A DNA stretch of 61,890 bases, taken from the NCBI GenBank assembly GCA_903825245.1, contig CAIJZX010000029.1, forward strand, positions 1 to 61,890. Direction: 5' to 3'. The position numbers were made by a program, and so were the translations under genes. Positions 18,730 to 28,638 of this stretch are shown one piece after another (positions within the stretch are counted from its first letter, which is position 1; the number at the start of each line of letters is the position of its first letter). Origin of the DNA: Candidatus Kerfeldbacteria bacterium. Its GTDB lineage: Bacteria; Patescibacteriota; Patescibacteriia; SBBC01; CAIJZX01. The notes under the pieces were generated by a model. It did not search any database. It had not been told where the DNA came from and saw only the letters and a list, made by a program, of their open reading frames with translations.

Positions 18730-18953
18730 ACATCGTTGACAACTATATGGCTAATGAAGCAACACTACCCGATACATAACGAATAGTCAAAGAATGTTGT
18801 CGAGAAAAGTTTTCCCCAGTCTTGACGAAACAGTTTTTTTGCGCTATTATAGATATCCTAAAAAAATATTTTAGACCCTGAAGCGCATCGAATTCCACGG
18901 TGTCACCTCGTGCTTCACGTTCAACGGTCATAGTTCTCATCCCCAAATCTCCC

Positions 18954-19199
18954 ATGGTACTCACCCTCCATATTCCTTGGATCATGTTTACCGCTGATAC
19001 GGTACATCCAAAACCGGCGCTCGTTCCGGCTGGGACATACGCCGTGGAACGGATTCCGAATCCGCGGCATGTCGGTGGGCGACCATGGATCATCATTGAA
19101 GGAACCACGATCGGCATGAATGAACATCTGGCTACGGAAATGACTCACGTCCACTTTGGCGATTTTCAGCTAGAGCTGGCCCTTGAAAAAAAACCCTGA
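18954..19199 (+). CDS. Small hypothetical protein
   Basis: ORF fills the intergenic space on the + strand; start uncertain. Confidence 0.4.
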   Translation: MVLTLHIPWIMFTADTVHPKPALVPAGTYAVERIPNPRHVGGRPWIIIEGTTIGMNEHLATEMTHVHFGDFQLELALEKKP

Positions 19200-19213
19200 C
19201 GTTTCCGTGACGG

Positions 19214-19618
19214 TTACTGGTGATGACGACGCTCGCCGAGCGCCACATAGCCTTGTAGGACGTCAATTAATTCGGCTTCGGCGGCGTTAGTCTCGACGCT
19301 GGTAAAACAGCGAATCTTTCGAGCTTCGGCCAATATCACCTCACCGATGATCTGTTCCTAGGGCAGCGTGATCGACGGATTCCAGGCAAGGCCGTTTCTG
19401 GCGGTTTTTGCATACGCCTGTTGCAGTGCATTCAGTAACAACCGCTTACGAGCTGATGACTCAAGTATACCCGAATACGATGGCTAGACACTGATTGTTT
19501 TACCTCGGCGACTGACCGTACAAGATCCAATCTCCACATTTGGAACAAGTCATTGAACAATCGTCCGACGGTCATATCCGCCTCCATCGTTAAGGAGCGA
19601 CATGCGTGTATTGCTCAT
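19214..19618 (-). pseudogene. Possible degraded ORF (135 codons, three in-frame stops)
   Basis: ATG 19618 to TAA 19214 in one frame with TGA 19550-52, TAG 19484-86 and TAG 19358-60; protein-like helical C-terminal half. Weak evidence. Confidence 0.3.
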
Positions 19619-19716
19619 ATCTGCACGCTACCGCCAGCAGCAGTTGTCAATGTATTGACGTCCGAGTACATGTTTCGTATACTCGACGCACCTATTCGCA
19701 ATAACAACCGTACTGC

Positions 19717-19987
19717 TCCGGGATCGTCTCATGGTAGGACTCCATCCAGCACCACACTGGGTGCTGGATAAAGGTTCCCCGGCCCGCTTCGCCTGCTCCT
19801 AAATTCAAAATGTTTTCTGATTCCGGGATCGTCTAATGGTAGGACTCCAGGTTCTGGACCTGGCTATCTTGGTTCGAATCCAGGTCCCGGAGCCACAAGA
19901 CATGTTGAATTACCTCTGGATTTCGTCGGCGAAGCAAACGGGGCGGGCTGGACCTGGCTATCTTGGGTCGAGTCCTGTGCCTGGGAA
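19717..19987 (+). pseudogene. Split, degenerate tRNA-Gln whose halves flank the intact tRNA
   Basis: 5' half TCCGGGATCGTCTCATGGTAGGACTCC (19717-43), AGGTT (19772-76), 3' half CTGGACCTGGCTATCTTGGGTCGAGTCC... (from 19948). Confidence 0.7.
19822..19895 (+). tRNA. tRNA-Gln(CTG)
   Basis: Acceptor TCCGGGA/TCCCGGA, anticodon arm CCAGG-TTCTGGA-CCTGG, T-loop TTCGAAT, encoded CCA. Confidence 0.96.
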
Positions 19988-20114
19988 GGGGTGGATTTTT
20001 TGTTGTTATGTTAGTCCTTTAAGACTTTGTACATTGAGTTTCCCAAGATTTTGAGTTGGTTCTAGTCTCACGACTGGTACCAAAAATTTCAACCCAAAAT
20101 ATCCCAAGTTGTTT

Positions 20115-20672
20115 CTATAGAGCCCAATCAATCGTAGCTCTTTCCGCCTGTAGTTTCGTATCAATAATTACGCTTATAACGCCCTGATCAGCGCACCACG
20201 TGCCTTCGTGAGAATAGAAGCGATCTCCTCCCCAAGGTCTAGGTTCACAATTCGGTGAAAAATACCAATCAACAACATACTTGTTATTGAGATACTCTTC
20301 GTTTTTCGGCCATTGTTTCGGCGAGTTGTATTCGATAAAACCTGGAGCGTGAATCATAAACCAGTTTTTTGAAAGGCCGTCCTTTGCTAATTCCATTTCC
20401 GGTGTCGCTATGAATGAGGCGGGTAAATCAGTGTTGGGGTTTTGAAGATTTAGGTCACGACTGTAGATAGGTCGACCATCAAGAAAATAGTTACGAGCAA
20501 CGGATATCAGCTGCTTATTGCTGATGCCATTGGTTGATTGACTATAAAGTGGAGAGACATTCGCACGCTTCTGTGCTATAAAAAATAACGTTTCATTTCC
20601 TACGCGCCACAGAAGCAAAGCTCCTACAATTGAGGAGGTCATGATTCCCAGCACGATAATGCCCTTTTTCAT
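20115..20672 (-). CDS. Hypothetical membrane-anchored or exported protein
   Basis: N-terminal hydrophobic helix; 185-aa ORF. Confidence 0.6.
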   Translation of the reverse strand: MKKGIIVLGIMTSSIVGALLLWRVGNETLFFIAQKRANVSPLYSQSTNGISNKQLISVARNYFLDGRPIYSRDLNLQNPNTDLPASFIATPEMELAKDGLSKNWFMIHAPGFIEYNSPKQWPKNEEYLNNKYVVDWYFSPNCEPRPWGGDRFYSHEGTWCADQGVISVIIDTKLQAERATIDWAL

Positions 20673-20944
20673 AAGGTTGTCTTTGAATTAAGCTAAAAAT
20701 AGCATGGTATAATACGCATAGCAAATATGGTTCGACCCCGTGTATTTCCGTGAAAGTCGAATTTGAAACACGAGACATTACCTACTAAAGACTGCCCCAT
20801 TTGCTTCATGTATTTTCGAAAATTTCTTAAATTTGCCAAAACCATCCCGAACGATGCACCGGGTTTAATCCAGACCGGAGTGGCGAGCAATGCGGTGGTT
20901 TTGTTTCTTATACAACACCATTCCGCGCTCCCTTTTTCGTCACA

Positions 20945-22576
20945 TTAACTAAAACTTGCCACCACTTGGTCCCACAGATCATTTTTCGGTGCCAGCGGCT
21001 TAACCGCAGACACCGTTGGCGCCGGCGTACGAATTGGTACTGGAACATTAACTTCCTGAGATTTCTGTGGTAACTCTGTCACCGGCAGATCAGTGACAAT
21101 AACTCGAATATGTACCGATTGCCCCAGCGCCTCATCTAAGGCGGTTTTTAAAGGCCCGCTATATTTCGGGTCGTTCAGTCGATCGGCGTGTAGTTTAAAC
21201 GGCACATGCAATATAACTTCCGTATCGTTTACATCACCAATCACGGCATGTTGAATACTCAAACCAATGCTGGGATACGAATGGCCGATCGTCCGCTGGA
21301 TTGCCCCCCAAACATCTCGAACGGCCTGTAGCGTTAACTGCGCGCCACTAACCGGCTTCTTGTGTATTGTTGGTGCTAATGGCGCTGGTGGTGGATCGGA
21401 AGGTTTTTCTGTGGGTAGCGATGATGGTGATGACGTCAGTTTCACTGACATTGGCGGTGGTTCTGTGCGATCACCTAAACCGTCCAATGTGGAATACGAA
21501 ATAATTGCTAGTTCAACTGGAAATTCAGTCATGGTCGCGGTTGACAATCGTCTTTCGGCTTTCAGAAAGGCCTCCACTAGTCGTTCGAGATCGTCGACCG
21601 TCGTCATGGTCGCCATTTCGGTCAGCCGCACGACGTCACTTTGATCGAAATCTGCCGCTACCTGCTGAATCAGCCGTTGATCCACTGCACACAGGAGCAA
21701 CCCGCGAACAGTCCGCAAGACATCATGCACCAACGTCGGAATATCCCCGCCTTCATCACAAAAATGATGGAACATGGTGATCGCTTCCACCGTTCGATGG
21801 TGTACAAGTTCCGTCAGTAAGGCCAGGATAAATTGCTGATCTGAATGTGGCAAGACGATATCAGCCAACGTATTGGTAATGCGTTTCTCGTCAAAGGAAA
21901 ATAATTGTCCTAACATGGTTTCCGCGTCACGAATCGAACCGCCGGACTGACGAGCAATCCTCCGGGCAACATCGTCATCAAGTACTCGCTGCTCCGCGGT
22001 CGCTATTTTCTGTAACCGCGTGGCAATGTCTTCTACCCCAACTTTTTTAAAGTCAAATCGCTGGGTGCGGGAAATAATCGTCTCAGGAACGCGATGCACC
22101 TCCGTTGTCGCTAAAATAAACATCGCGTGTGCCGGAGGTTCCTCTAGTAACTTCAGTAATGCATTAAACGCCGACATCGATAGCATGTGTACCTCATCGA
22201 TGATAAATACCTTCCGGCGTGCAAGGGTGGGAATTGTTTGCGCACTGTGGATAATGTTCTCCCGCACATTATCAACTCCAGTTTGCGAGGCGGCATCGAT
22301 CTCGATAATATCGAGACTGCTGTTCGTTAACATCGCGATACAGTTCGGACACGTATTGCAAGGCTCATTATCCTTCGTTCGTTTCGTGCAATTCACCGCT
22401 CGCGCTAAGATCCGAGCCAACGTCGTCTTACCAACCCCGCGCGGACCAACAAAAAGATATGCATGAGCGACGCGATCTTGTTGGAGGGCGTTTTGGAGTG
22501 TGATGCGAATATGCTGTTGATCGACAACATCAGAAAAAACTTGCGGTCGATAGGTACGGTATAATGCTTCAGCCAT
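20945..22576 (-). CDS. dnaX: DNA polymerase III subunit gamma/tau
   Basis: LYRTYRPQ, GPRGVGKTT, Cys cluster, IIDEVHML, FNALLKLLEEPP. Confidence 0.96.
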   Translation of the reverse strand: MAEALYRTYRPQVFSDVVDQQHIRITLQNALQQDRVAHAYLFVGPRGVGKTTLARILARAVNCTKRTKDNEPCNTCPNCIAMLTNSSLDIIEIDAASQTGVDNVRENIIHSAQTIPTLARRKVFIIDEVHMLSMSAFNALLKLLEEPPAHAMFILATTEVHRVPETIISRTQRFDFKKVGVEDIATRLQKIATAEQRVLDDDVARRIARQSGGSIRDAETMLGQLFSFDEKRITNTLADIVLPHSDQQFILALLTELVHHRTVEAITMFHHFCDEGGDIPTLVHDVLRTVRGLLLCAVDQRLIQQVAADFDQSDVVRLTEMATMTTVDDLERLVEAFLKAERRLSTATMTEFPVELAIISYSTLDGLGDRTEPPPMSVKLTSSPSSLPTEKPSDPPPAPLAPTIHKKPVSGAQLTLQAVRDVWGAIQRTIGHSYPSIGLSIQHAVIGDVNDTEVILHVPFKLHADRLNDPKYSGPLKTALDEALGQSVHIRVIVTDLPVTELPQKSQEVNVPVPIRTPAPTVSAVKPLAPKNDLWDQVVASFS

Positions 22577-22702
22577 GGTTGATAGTTAACATTGCAAAAT
22601 GAAGAAGCTCGTGGCAACGGTGGCTCAGAGCCTCCGTAACCGAGTATAGTGTACCTGAAAAAGGCACACTCCTGCAAGGTGCTTTCGAAACTTTTAAAGC
22701 AA

Positions 22703-23329
22703 CTACAGCAGTTCTTTCGCTGTATCGCTCTGTTTAATGATGTTTTCTACGGCTGCCCAGCGAGAGTCGCCAACTGCCGGTACCAACACCACCACATCAT
22801 CGCCCGTTTCGCCCTTGAAATACGTGATCGAGGCCAGGAGGACTTTAAAGCTTCGCCCATCAGCTACCACCCGATACTCGCCCGTGACCTCATCACGAGT
22901 CAGTTGACCGATAAGCCGTTGTCGATCAATTGGTCCGATCTGTTTGTAAATAAACGAACCATCGCGCGTGATCGTCAGTTTCAACACATCACCTTCGACC
23001 AGTTTTGATTTGGAAGCATAGTTGGCCGGGACAGAATACTGTTTCCCATCAGGACCAAGCATATTCTGACCATCGAAGGCTCCCTCGATAATTTTTGATC
23101 CTTCCGGATCTGCGGTCGTAGGAAGTGAGGCGTTTCGGACACGAATTGCTGGAGCGATATGTACACCCCGAACCGAAAGCATGTGGCGAATCGTATCGAT
23201 CGCCTGTTGAGCAGATTCGAGTAAGGGCAGGATTTCGGATGCGTCAATCGGCTCAACCGGAGGGGTGTCCGTTGAGGTATCGTCAGTGGTGTCAGTTGTC
23301 GGTGCTAGCTGTTGGTCAAGTTCGTCCAT
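22703..23329 (-). CDS. Conserved hypothetical protein (CPR-type)
   Basis: IIEGAFDGQNMLGPDGKQYSVPANYASKSKLVEGD segment recalled from Patescibacteria proteins; acidic N-terminus. Confidence 0.7.
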   Translation of the reverse strand: MDELDQQLAPTTDTTDDTSTDTPPVEPIDASEILPLLESAQQAIDTIRHMLSVRGVHIAPAIRVRNASLPTTADPEGSKIIEGAFDGQNMLGPDGKQYSVPANYASKSKLVEGDVLKLTITRDGSFIYKQIGPIDRQRLIGQLTRDEVTGEYRVVADGRSFKVLLASITYFKGETGDDVVVLVPAVGDSRWAAVENIIKQSDTAKELL

Positions 23330-23468
23330 ATATTTTGTGTGGGTATAACTTAATGTTTATTTTAGTGAACGTCCCCAGGGTAGCAAAAAGAAGATAATCC
23401 GTCAAACTGGCTACCAGCATAGTCGCTGAACCTGAGTAAGGACTGAACACCAGAAGTGTTCACCCTTC

Positions 23469-23999
23469 TTACACCCGATACAACCACACCGCCATAGTTC
23501 GCGGATTGGGTTTGTCCTTCGACACCGGTTGCCACCCGGCGATGGAAAAAGCGAACGACACAATTCTTGTCCCGGAACGTAATTCTCGTCGAAATTTTTC
23601 ACCCAATTTCTTCATAGCCGCCGGTGTCAAAAAACATACCACCACATCAGCATCTGATAAATTTTCGTAAAAGAAATCCTTCATTACTATGGTTGCTGAA
23701 CCACCAAGCCTGGCTCGCCAGAGCCGGATTTTTGCCACCATATACGGAAGCAGTGAAATTTCATACCCAACGGCTAGAGCATGATAGTCGCGGGCAGCGG
23801 TCAAAATAAACCTTCCATCACCGGCACCTAAATCAACGACCTTCTCTCCCGGCTTGAGATCGGCAATCCGTAACATCCGTTCAACGTCATGTTGCCGCGT
23901 CGGCACATACGGTGCCGCTCGCCACCCAGCCCAGGCTGCAGTTGCCGCCACGATAAATACGACAAGTAACGCTACCGTCCACAGAAGGGTGCCAATCAT
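23469..23999 (-). CDS. Membrane-anchored class I SAM-dependent methyltransferase
   Basis: N-terminal TM, APYVPT, VDLGAGDGR. Confidence 0.85.
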   Translation of the reverse strand: MIGTLLWTVALLVVFIVAATAAWAGWRAAPYVPTRQHDVERMLRIADLKPGEKVVDLGAGDGRFILTAARDYHALAVGYEISLLPYMVAKIRLWRARLGGSATIVMKDFFYENLSDADVVVCFLTPAAMKKLGEKFRRELRSGTRIVSFAFSIAGWQPVSKDKPNPRTMAVWLYRV

Positions 24000-26497
24000 T
24001 ATCGTGAGGTTTCCGCTACCGGCGCCGCGGGCACTGTGGCTGGCGAACCAAGTTGCGTCCGCTCTAAGATATCCGCCTCGACAAAGCTTCGCTCTTTGCC
24101 ATACCGAAGACGAGAATATTGTTTGATGGCTTCGGCAATCTCCGGCGTTCCTGGCGACAGTGGATAGGTAGCGATATGAAACGGCGGCGCGGCGGTATTG
24201 TCAATCAATAACCGCAAATACGCCGTATACTTCTTTTGGTTGACCATGTCGTACGCGGTAAATCGCGGCGCGAATTGTTTCTCTAATATTTCCGCATCAT
24301 CAACGCCAATACGAAATGCGACCATCGTTCCCACGTTTCCTAAGATTGCATCACGTACCTTGGTATCATTATTCTGAGCCAATTGGCTCATGTATTGGTG
24401 AGCCATAGTCAAATTGAGTTTGTACTTTCTCGCCTCCGAGAGAATGGTGGCAATCGAATCGGTAATGAAGTTTTGGAATTCGTCAACATACAGATAAAAG
24501 TCTTGACGTTGATCTTCTGGAATATCGGCGCGGGACAAAGCCGCCATTTGCAGTTTGGAAACAATAATCAACCCTAACAGAAAGGCATTCACTTCGCCAA
24601 CCTGTCCCTTTGATAAATTGACCAACAAAATCTTTTTTTCGTCCATAATCTGCCGGAAATTAAAGGCCGACTTCGATTGACCGATAATGTTTCGCATCAT
24701 AGCGTTTTCCACGAATCGCCCAACCTTGGAAATCAGATAGCCAAGCATTTCTGATTTATGAAAATCGCTCGTTTTGGCCATTTCTTTTTCCCAAAACGCT
24801 CGCACCACCGGATCTTTCACTTTGGTCAATTTATACGCTTGAAAAGCCTTGTCGGTAAAGATGCGCGGAATATCGGCGATCGTACCCGGCGACTCCTCAT
24901 CTTCCATCAACGTCAGCATCGCGTTACGCATGTTGTGCTCAAACATCGGACCAATCATCTCCGGCGGAAAGAGTTTCATGAAAATAGCCACCATCTCCTG
25001 CGCCGCCGCATCACGTTCTTGCGGCGTATGTGCTTCCATCATGTTCAAACCCATCGGCCGTTCCAGATCAGCAGGATTGAAAAGAATCACATCGTGCATC
25101 CGTACCGCCGGGATATGCTCCATAATGTCTTTGATTAAATCTCCGTGCGGATCAACGACGCATACGCCTTCACCGCGAGCTATGTCCTGAATCGCCATGT
25201 TAGCCAGCAAGATCGATTTACCCACACCGGTAGTACCAACGACATAGACGTGACGTCGCCGATCACCGGGCTTGATTCGCACAACTAAGTCTTGTCCACG
25301 ATACTCGTTGTGTCCTAAGGTAATTCCTTCTGTCGGCAACGCTACCGGTGCCGCAGCTTGTTGGGCAGCTAACCAGGAAATATTCGGCGTATCCATCGTC
25401 GAAAGTGGGAAATGATAGAGACTATTTATCTCTTCACTATTGAGGATCATCGACGTCCGATGGAAATTCCGCCAAATCGTGTCCCAAATCACTCGTCCGG
25501 AACTTCGCACCCGACGACGTTTAAACGTCGTACCAGACTCCGGTGCTTGAAATTGCGTAAAGGCATTGACGACGTTTTCTAAATGAACCCGGGCATTTCG
25601 TTCATTCGGCGAGCAGGTAACGATACGTATATTCACTTCAAAGGCTGGCTTACCCGCTTTCTCCTCCAACGATTTTATTAACTCCTGTTCTTGCGGTGTA
25701 ATATTTGGCATCTTACTCATCGCCGGCTCTTGGTTGGTTTTGAGTGACGACGTCAGCACCGAAAAAATTCCGCCAGCCGAGGTACTTCGTCGATCTTTAC
25801 CTTCTTGCATCAATTTCGCTTTTGTCATTCCCGCTTTTTCCCAACCACGTCGTTTGGTTCGAATACAGATTTGGATAACCGCGCCTTCACCGGCTTGCAC
25901 TTTCCCGAGCGCCATCGTCATGGCGTTCAATGGATCGCTGTCGAGCTTCTTATACGTCCGAATCGAATACATTGACGGTTTGGTTAATTTCAGTTCCGTA
26001 CCCTGAACAAAACTATTCGGACTGAAAATATTGTAGTCTTCTATTTCTTCGATTTGCGCCTTCGGATACTGGGCCAGAATTTGTGACTCAAGAAGTTGCC
26101 GCAAAGCGCGTGGCGCGACAACATAGAAAAAGATTTGCCCATTTGTGGCCACCATTTCAAATGACATGTGGTCGTGGCGGCCATACCAAAACTCAAACCA
26201 CAATTCGCGCACCTTACCGTTACCCGGACGATAATGTACTCCGCCCAAGGTAATGAAAAGCGTTTCGTACGTGGCTAATGTTTCCCGCCAATCACGTTGC
26301 GATTGTCCCGGTTCGGCAACTTCTTTCGGCAGACTGACCCGCAGATGCACATAGGCATGTAACTGATCGACTCGACTATGCCGCTGTAACCACCAGCGCA
26401 AGAGATATACCGTCAAAAATAAAAACACTACAATCCCAGTAATGATACCGGGCACCATCCAGTTTATCGCGGTGAAAGGATTACTCAATGAATACAT
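23999..26497 (-). CDS. VirD4/TraD/HerA-like ATPase fused to an N-terminal membrane-anchored domain
   Basis: RRRHVYVVGTTGVGKS, VDPHGD, LYVDEFQNF, LSEARKY, AHQY; start placed at ATG 26497. Confidence 0.85.
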   Translation of the reverse strand: MYSLSNPFTAINWMVPGIITGIVVFLFLTVYLLRWWLQRHSRVDQLHAYVHLRVSLPKEVAEPGQSQRDWRETLATYETLFITLGGVHYRPGNGKVRELWFEFWYGRHDHMSFEMVATNGQIFFYVVAPRALRQLLESQILAQYPKAQIEEIEDYNIFSPNSFVQGTELKLTKPSMYSIRTYKKLDSDPLNAMTMALGKVQAGEGAVIQICIRTKRRGWEKAGMTKAKLMQEGKDRRSTSAGGIFSVLTSSLKTNQEPAMSKMPNITPQEQELIKSLEEKAGKPAFEVNIRIVTCSPNERNARVHLENVVNAFTQFQAPESGTTFKRRRVRSSGRVIWDTIWRNFHRTSMILNSEEINSLYHFPLSTMDTPNISWLAAQQAAAPVALPTEGITLGHNEYRGQDLVVRIKPGDRRRHVYVVGTTGVGKSILLANMAIQDIARGEGVCVVDPHGDLIKDIMEHIPAVRMHDVILFNPADLERPMGLNMMEAHTPQERDAAAQEMVAIFMKLFPPEMIGPMFEHNMRNAMLTLMEDEESPGTIADIPRIFTDKAFQAYKLTKVKDPVVRAFWEKEMAKTSDFHKSEMLGYLISKVGRFVENAMMRNIIGQSKSAFNFRQIMDEKKILLVNLSKGQVGEVNAFLLGLIIVSKLQMAALSRADIPEDQRQDFYLYVDEFQNFITDSIATILSEARKYKLNLTMAHQYMSQLAQNNDTKVRDAILGNVGTMVAFRIGVDDAEILEKQFAPRFTAYDMVNQKKYTAYLRLLIDNTAAPPFHIATYPLSPGTPEIAEAIKQYSRLRYGKERSFVEADILERTQLGSPATVPAAPVAETSR

Positions 26498-26507
26498 GTT
26501 TGGTGTG

Positions 26508-26987
26508 TTATGCGTCGTGACGCGGCGTGTGACCAAGCGCTACAATCGCATCGGTTTTAATTTTTGCCTGTTGTTCAAGAAAATACGGATTGACCTTGGG
26601 AATAATACGTAGCCAACGGAGTAACAGTGAAACAATTTTTTTTACGCGGATTTTTGATTGTTGCAACAACTTACTAATCGCCGTGGCTGTTTCCTCTCCG
26701 GTTTGCTTAAATTTTTGTTGAGTTGCTGGGTCCATTGCCGTGAAAGCATCCTCTAGACCTTCCGCCATCGCGGCTTCGATATTTTTTACCAACAGGTCGT
26801 TTGGCTGATGTATTGCCACTGGCGCCGGCGCCACATTCGGCATGGGCACCAGATCAACTGGCTGAACTTCCGGTTGACGTTCGGCGCTTGAGTAATTGAA
26901 TTCTGGGGTCGATTCGAGATGCGACGATCCAACTTCTTGCACCGGTCGCGGTATTTCTGGAATATGTACTCTTTGTGGTTCGGGCAT
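26508..26987 (-). CDS. Conserved hypothetical protein upstream of the ATPase
   Basis: Pro/Glu-rich N-terminus, helical C-terminus WLRIIPKVNPYFLEQQAKIKTD. Confidence 0.7.
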   Translation of the reverse strand: MPEPQRVHIPEIPRPVQEVGSSHLESTPEFNYSSAERQPEVQPVDLVPMPNVAPAPVAIHQPNDLLVKNIEAAMAEGLEDAFTAMDPATQQKFKQTGEETATAISKLLQQSKIRVKKIVSLLLRWLRIIPKVNPYFLEQQAKIKTDAIVALGHTPRHDA

Positions 26988-27443
26988 GTGTTTACTATAC
27001 CACTTTTTTTATCGATTGACGACCCGCGCTTTCTACGAGACTTCCAGATCACAAATACTTAAGTGGTCTGGAAAATACTTTACACTTCACTATTAGTGCT
27101 CACCCAAATGACAGCAATCATGATAATCTTTTTCCCTCATCAAGAAATGTGACACAAATAATCGTGCTTGATTACTGGATTCAAAGCACCCTACGACAGA
27201 TGTACATAAGTTGAATCGACTTCCATAGAGCTTGACCCAGCACTACAATAGCTAGTCAAAAATTGAATAAAAAGCTAGTCGGTTAACAATAATTCGACTA
27301 CACCTCATATTCATTGCTCCATTGTGGTACGGGCTTGACAAAATGACGAAAGTATGATAAGACTGTACGTTCATCTTTGAAAACCCAGTAGTCCTGCACC
27401 ATATACCGTTCCCTAGCGGAACATCTACCACAGGAGGACTCAA

Positions 27444-27974
27444 ATGAAGAATTACGTTTCTGGTTTCACCCGCGTGCTGATGGTTACCATCATGGCGATC
27501 ATCATGACCAGTGTCATGACGAGTTGCATCACCGACCCGAAGGAAGAAAAGTACGCTTTCGAGGCGCAGAACTACACGAGCGATCCGACGTCGTGGACGA
27601 TGACCACACGCGACGGTAAGGAGTCTTTTGCCTTCGACGTGTCTGCGCTCCGCGACAACAAGTCCGGCAAGTCTGAGCTGTACGTTCACAACTGTGACTA
27701 CGAGGTGAAGATTTATCTGAACACGCGTGATCACACGCTGGTCTGCGACCAGTGGATTCACATCGACGGTACGCGCGACAATGCCAGCCTCGACGGTATC
27801 ACGGCGGATGCGATCGGTGCATGGTACGGCAACGGCCTGGCGGTGCAGTCCTCTGCTCAGCCGGCTGACAGCATTGCCACCAGCGACGCGCCCCACGACC
27901 TGTATTTGCTGAGCATCAAGCCCGTCACGCATAACCGCATCAAGCCCATCTCGGCATCCACCAAAGTGATGTAA
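27444..27974 (+). CDS. Putative lipoprotein
   Basis: SD AGGAGG; signal peptide ending VMTSC; GC3-rich codons. Confidence 0.7.
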   Translation: MKNYVSGFTRVLMVTIMAIIMTSVMTSCITDPKEEKYAFEAQNYTSDPTSWTMTTRDGKESFAFDVSALRDNKSGKSELYVHNCDYEVKIYLNTRDHTLVCDQWIHIDGTRDNASLDGITADAIGAWYGNGLAVQSSAQPADSIATSDAPHDLYLLSIKPVTHNRIKPISASTKVM

Positions 27975-27987
27975 GGAGGAAGCGATA

Positions 27988-28515
27988 ATGCGCAAAATCC
28001 GTATGTTGTTCTCACTGTTCGCAGTCGCACTCCTGATCAACGGATGCGCTGCCGGCGGCTGGATGCACCAGCTCGCTAATATGCCGATACCGCCGGTCGA
28101 GTGTTACCCCACCGACAATGGTGCTCGGTTCGAAACGCATTACGACGCCAGCCAGATCCTGCCAACATTCTGGCCCAACATCTGTGCTGAGACGTATTTG
28201 CGCCAACAGACACAGGATCGATCCTGGCCAATGATTCATGGTCAGCACATCTACTCCCTCGGATATGATGATCCATATGTCGACGGACGATGGATACATC
28301 TCAAGCTCATCACGGCAGGCGTGGTACACAGTGCCTCGTTTGAATGCGATGGGATCAAGTATCCTGTTGGCACCGACAATGGTTGGATCGCCAATATCCC
28401 GAACACCGGAGATGGCGGAACACATTTGCTCACGGTGACCCTGATTTACAACAACATCGGGCAACCGCAGCGGAAGTTTCCCATGCCTCCGTTCTTCATC
28501 GAATTCGAACGTTAG
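27988..28515 (+). CDS. Putative lipoprotein
   Basis: SD AGGAGG; signal peptide ending LLINGC. Confidence 0.7.
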   Translation: MRKIRMLFSLFAVALLINGCAAGGWMHQLANMPIPPVECYPTDNGARFETHYDASQILPTFWPNICAETYLRQQTQDRSWPMIHGQHIYSLGYDDPYVDGRWIHLKLITAGVVHSASFECDGIKYPVGTDNGWIANIPNTGDGGTHLLTVTLIYNNIGQPQRKFPMPPFFIEFER

Positions 28516-28531
28516 AACAGGCAAGTTTCCC

Positions 28532-28563
28532 GGGACGAACGTTTACACCGTTCGTCCCTTTTT
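28532..28563 (+). terminator. Intrinsic terminator
   Basis: GGGACGAACG-tttacac-CGTTCGTCCC followed by TTTTT. Confidence 0.85.
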
Positions 28564-28638
28564 CTTACCCAAAAACATTTGACTTTTTGTCTAAAGTGTG
28601 CTAGAATAGGGGAAAGTAAAAGAAAAACATAAGTTCAT

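Noticed and set aside
19200-19700. tmRNA, RNase P or stop-codon reassignment
   Set aside because: No tmRNA tRNA-like ends or RNase P GAGGAAAGTCC core; TGA and TAG terminate normal genes elsewhere in the window.
20690-20944. Short ORFs downstream of dnaX
   Set aside because: No recognisable motif or RBS; cannot be supported.
22577-22700. SRP RNA (ffs) upstream of dnaX
   Set aside because: Only two small hairpins; the SRP helix-8 motif is absent.
27252-28524. Minus-strand 262-aa and 170-aa ORFs
   Set aside because: Antisense shadows of SD-led lipoprotein genes.
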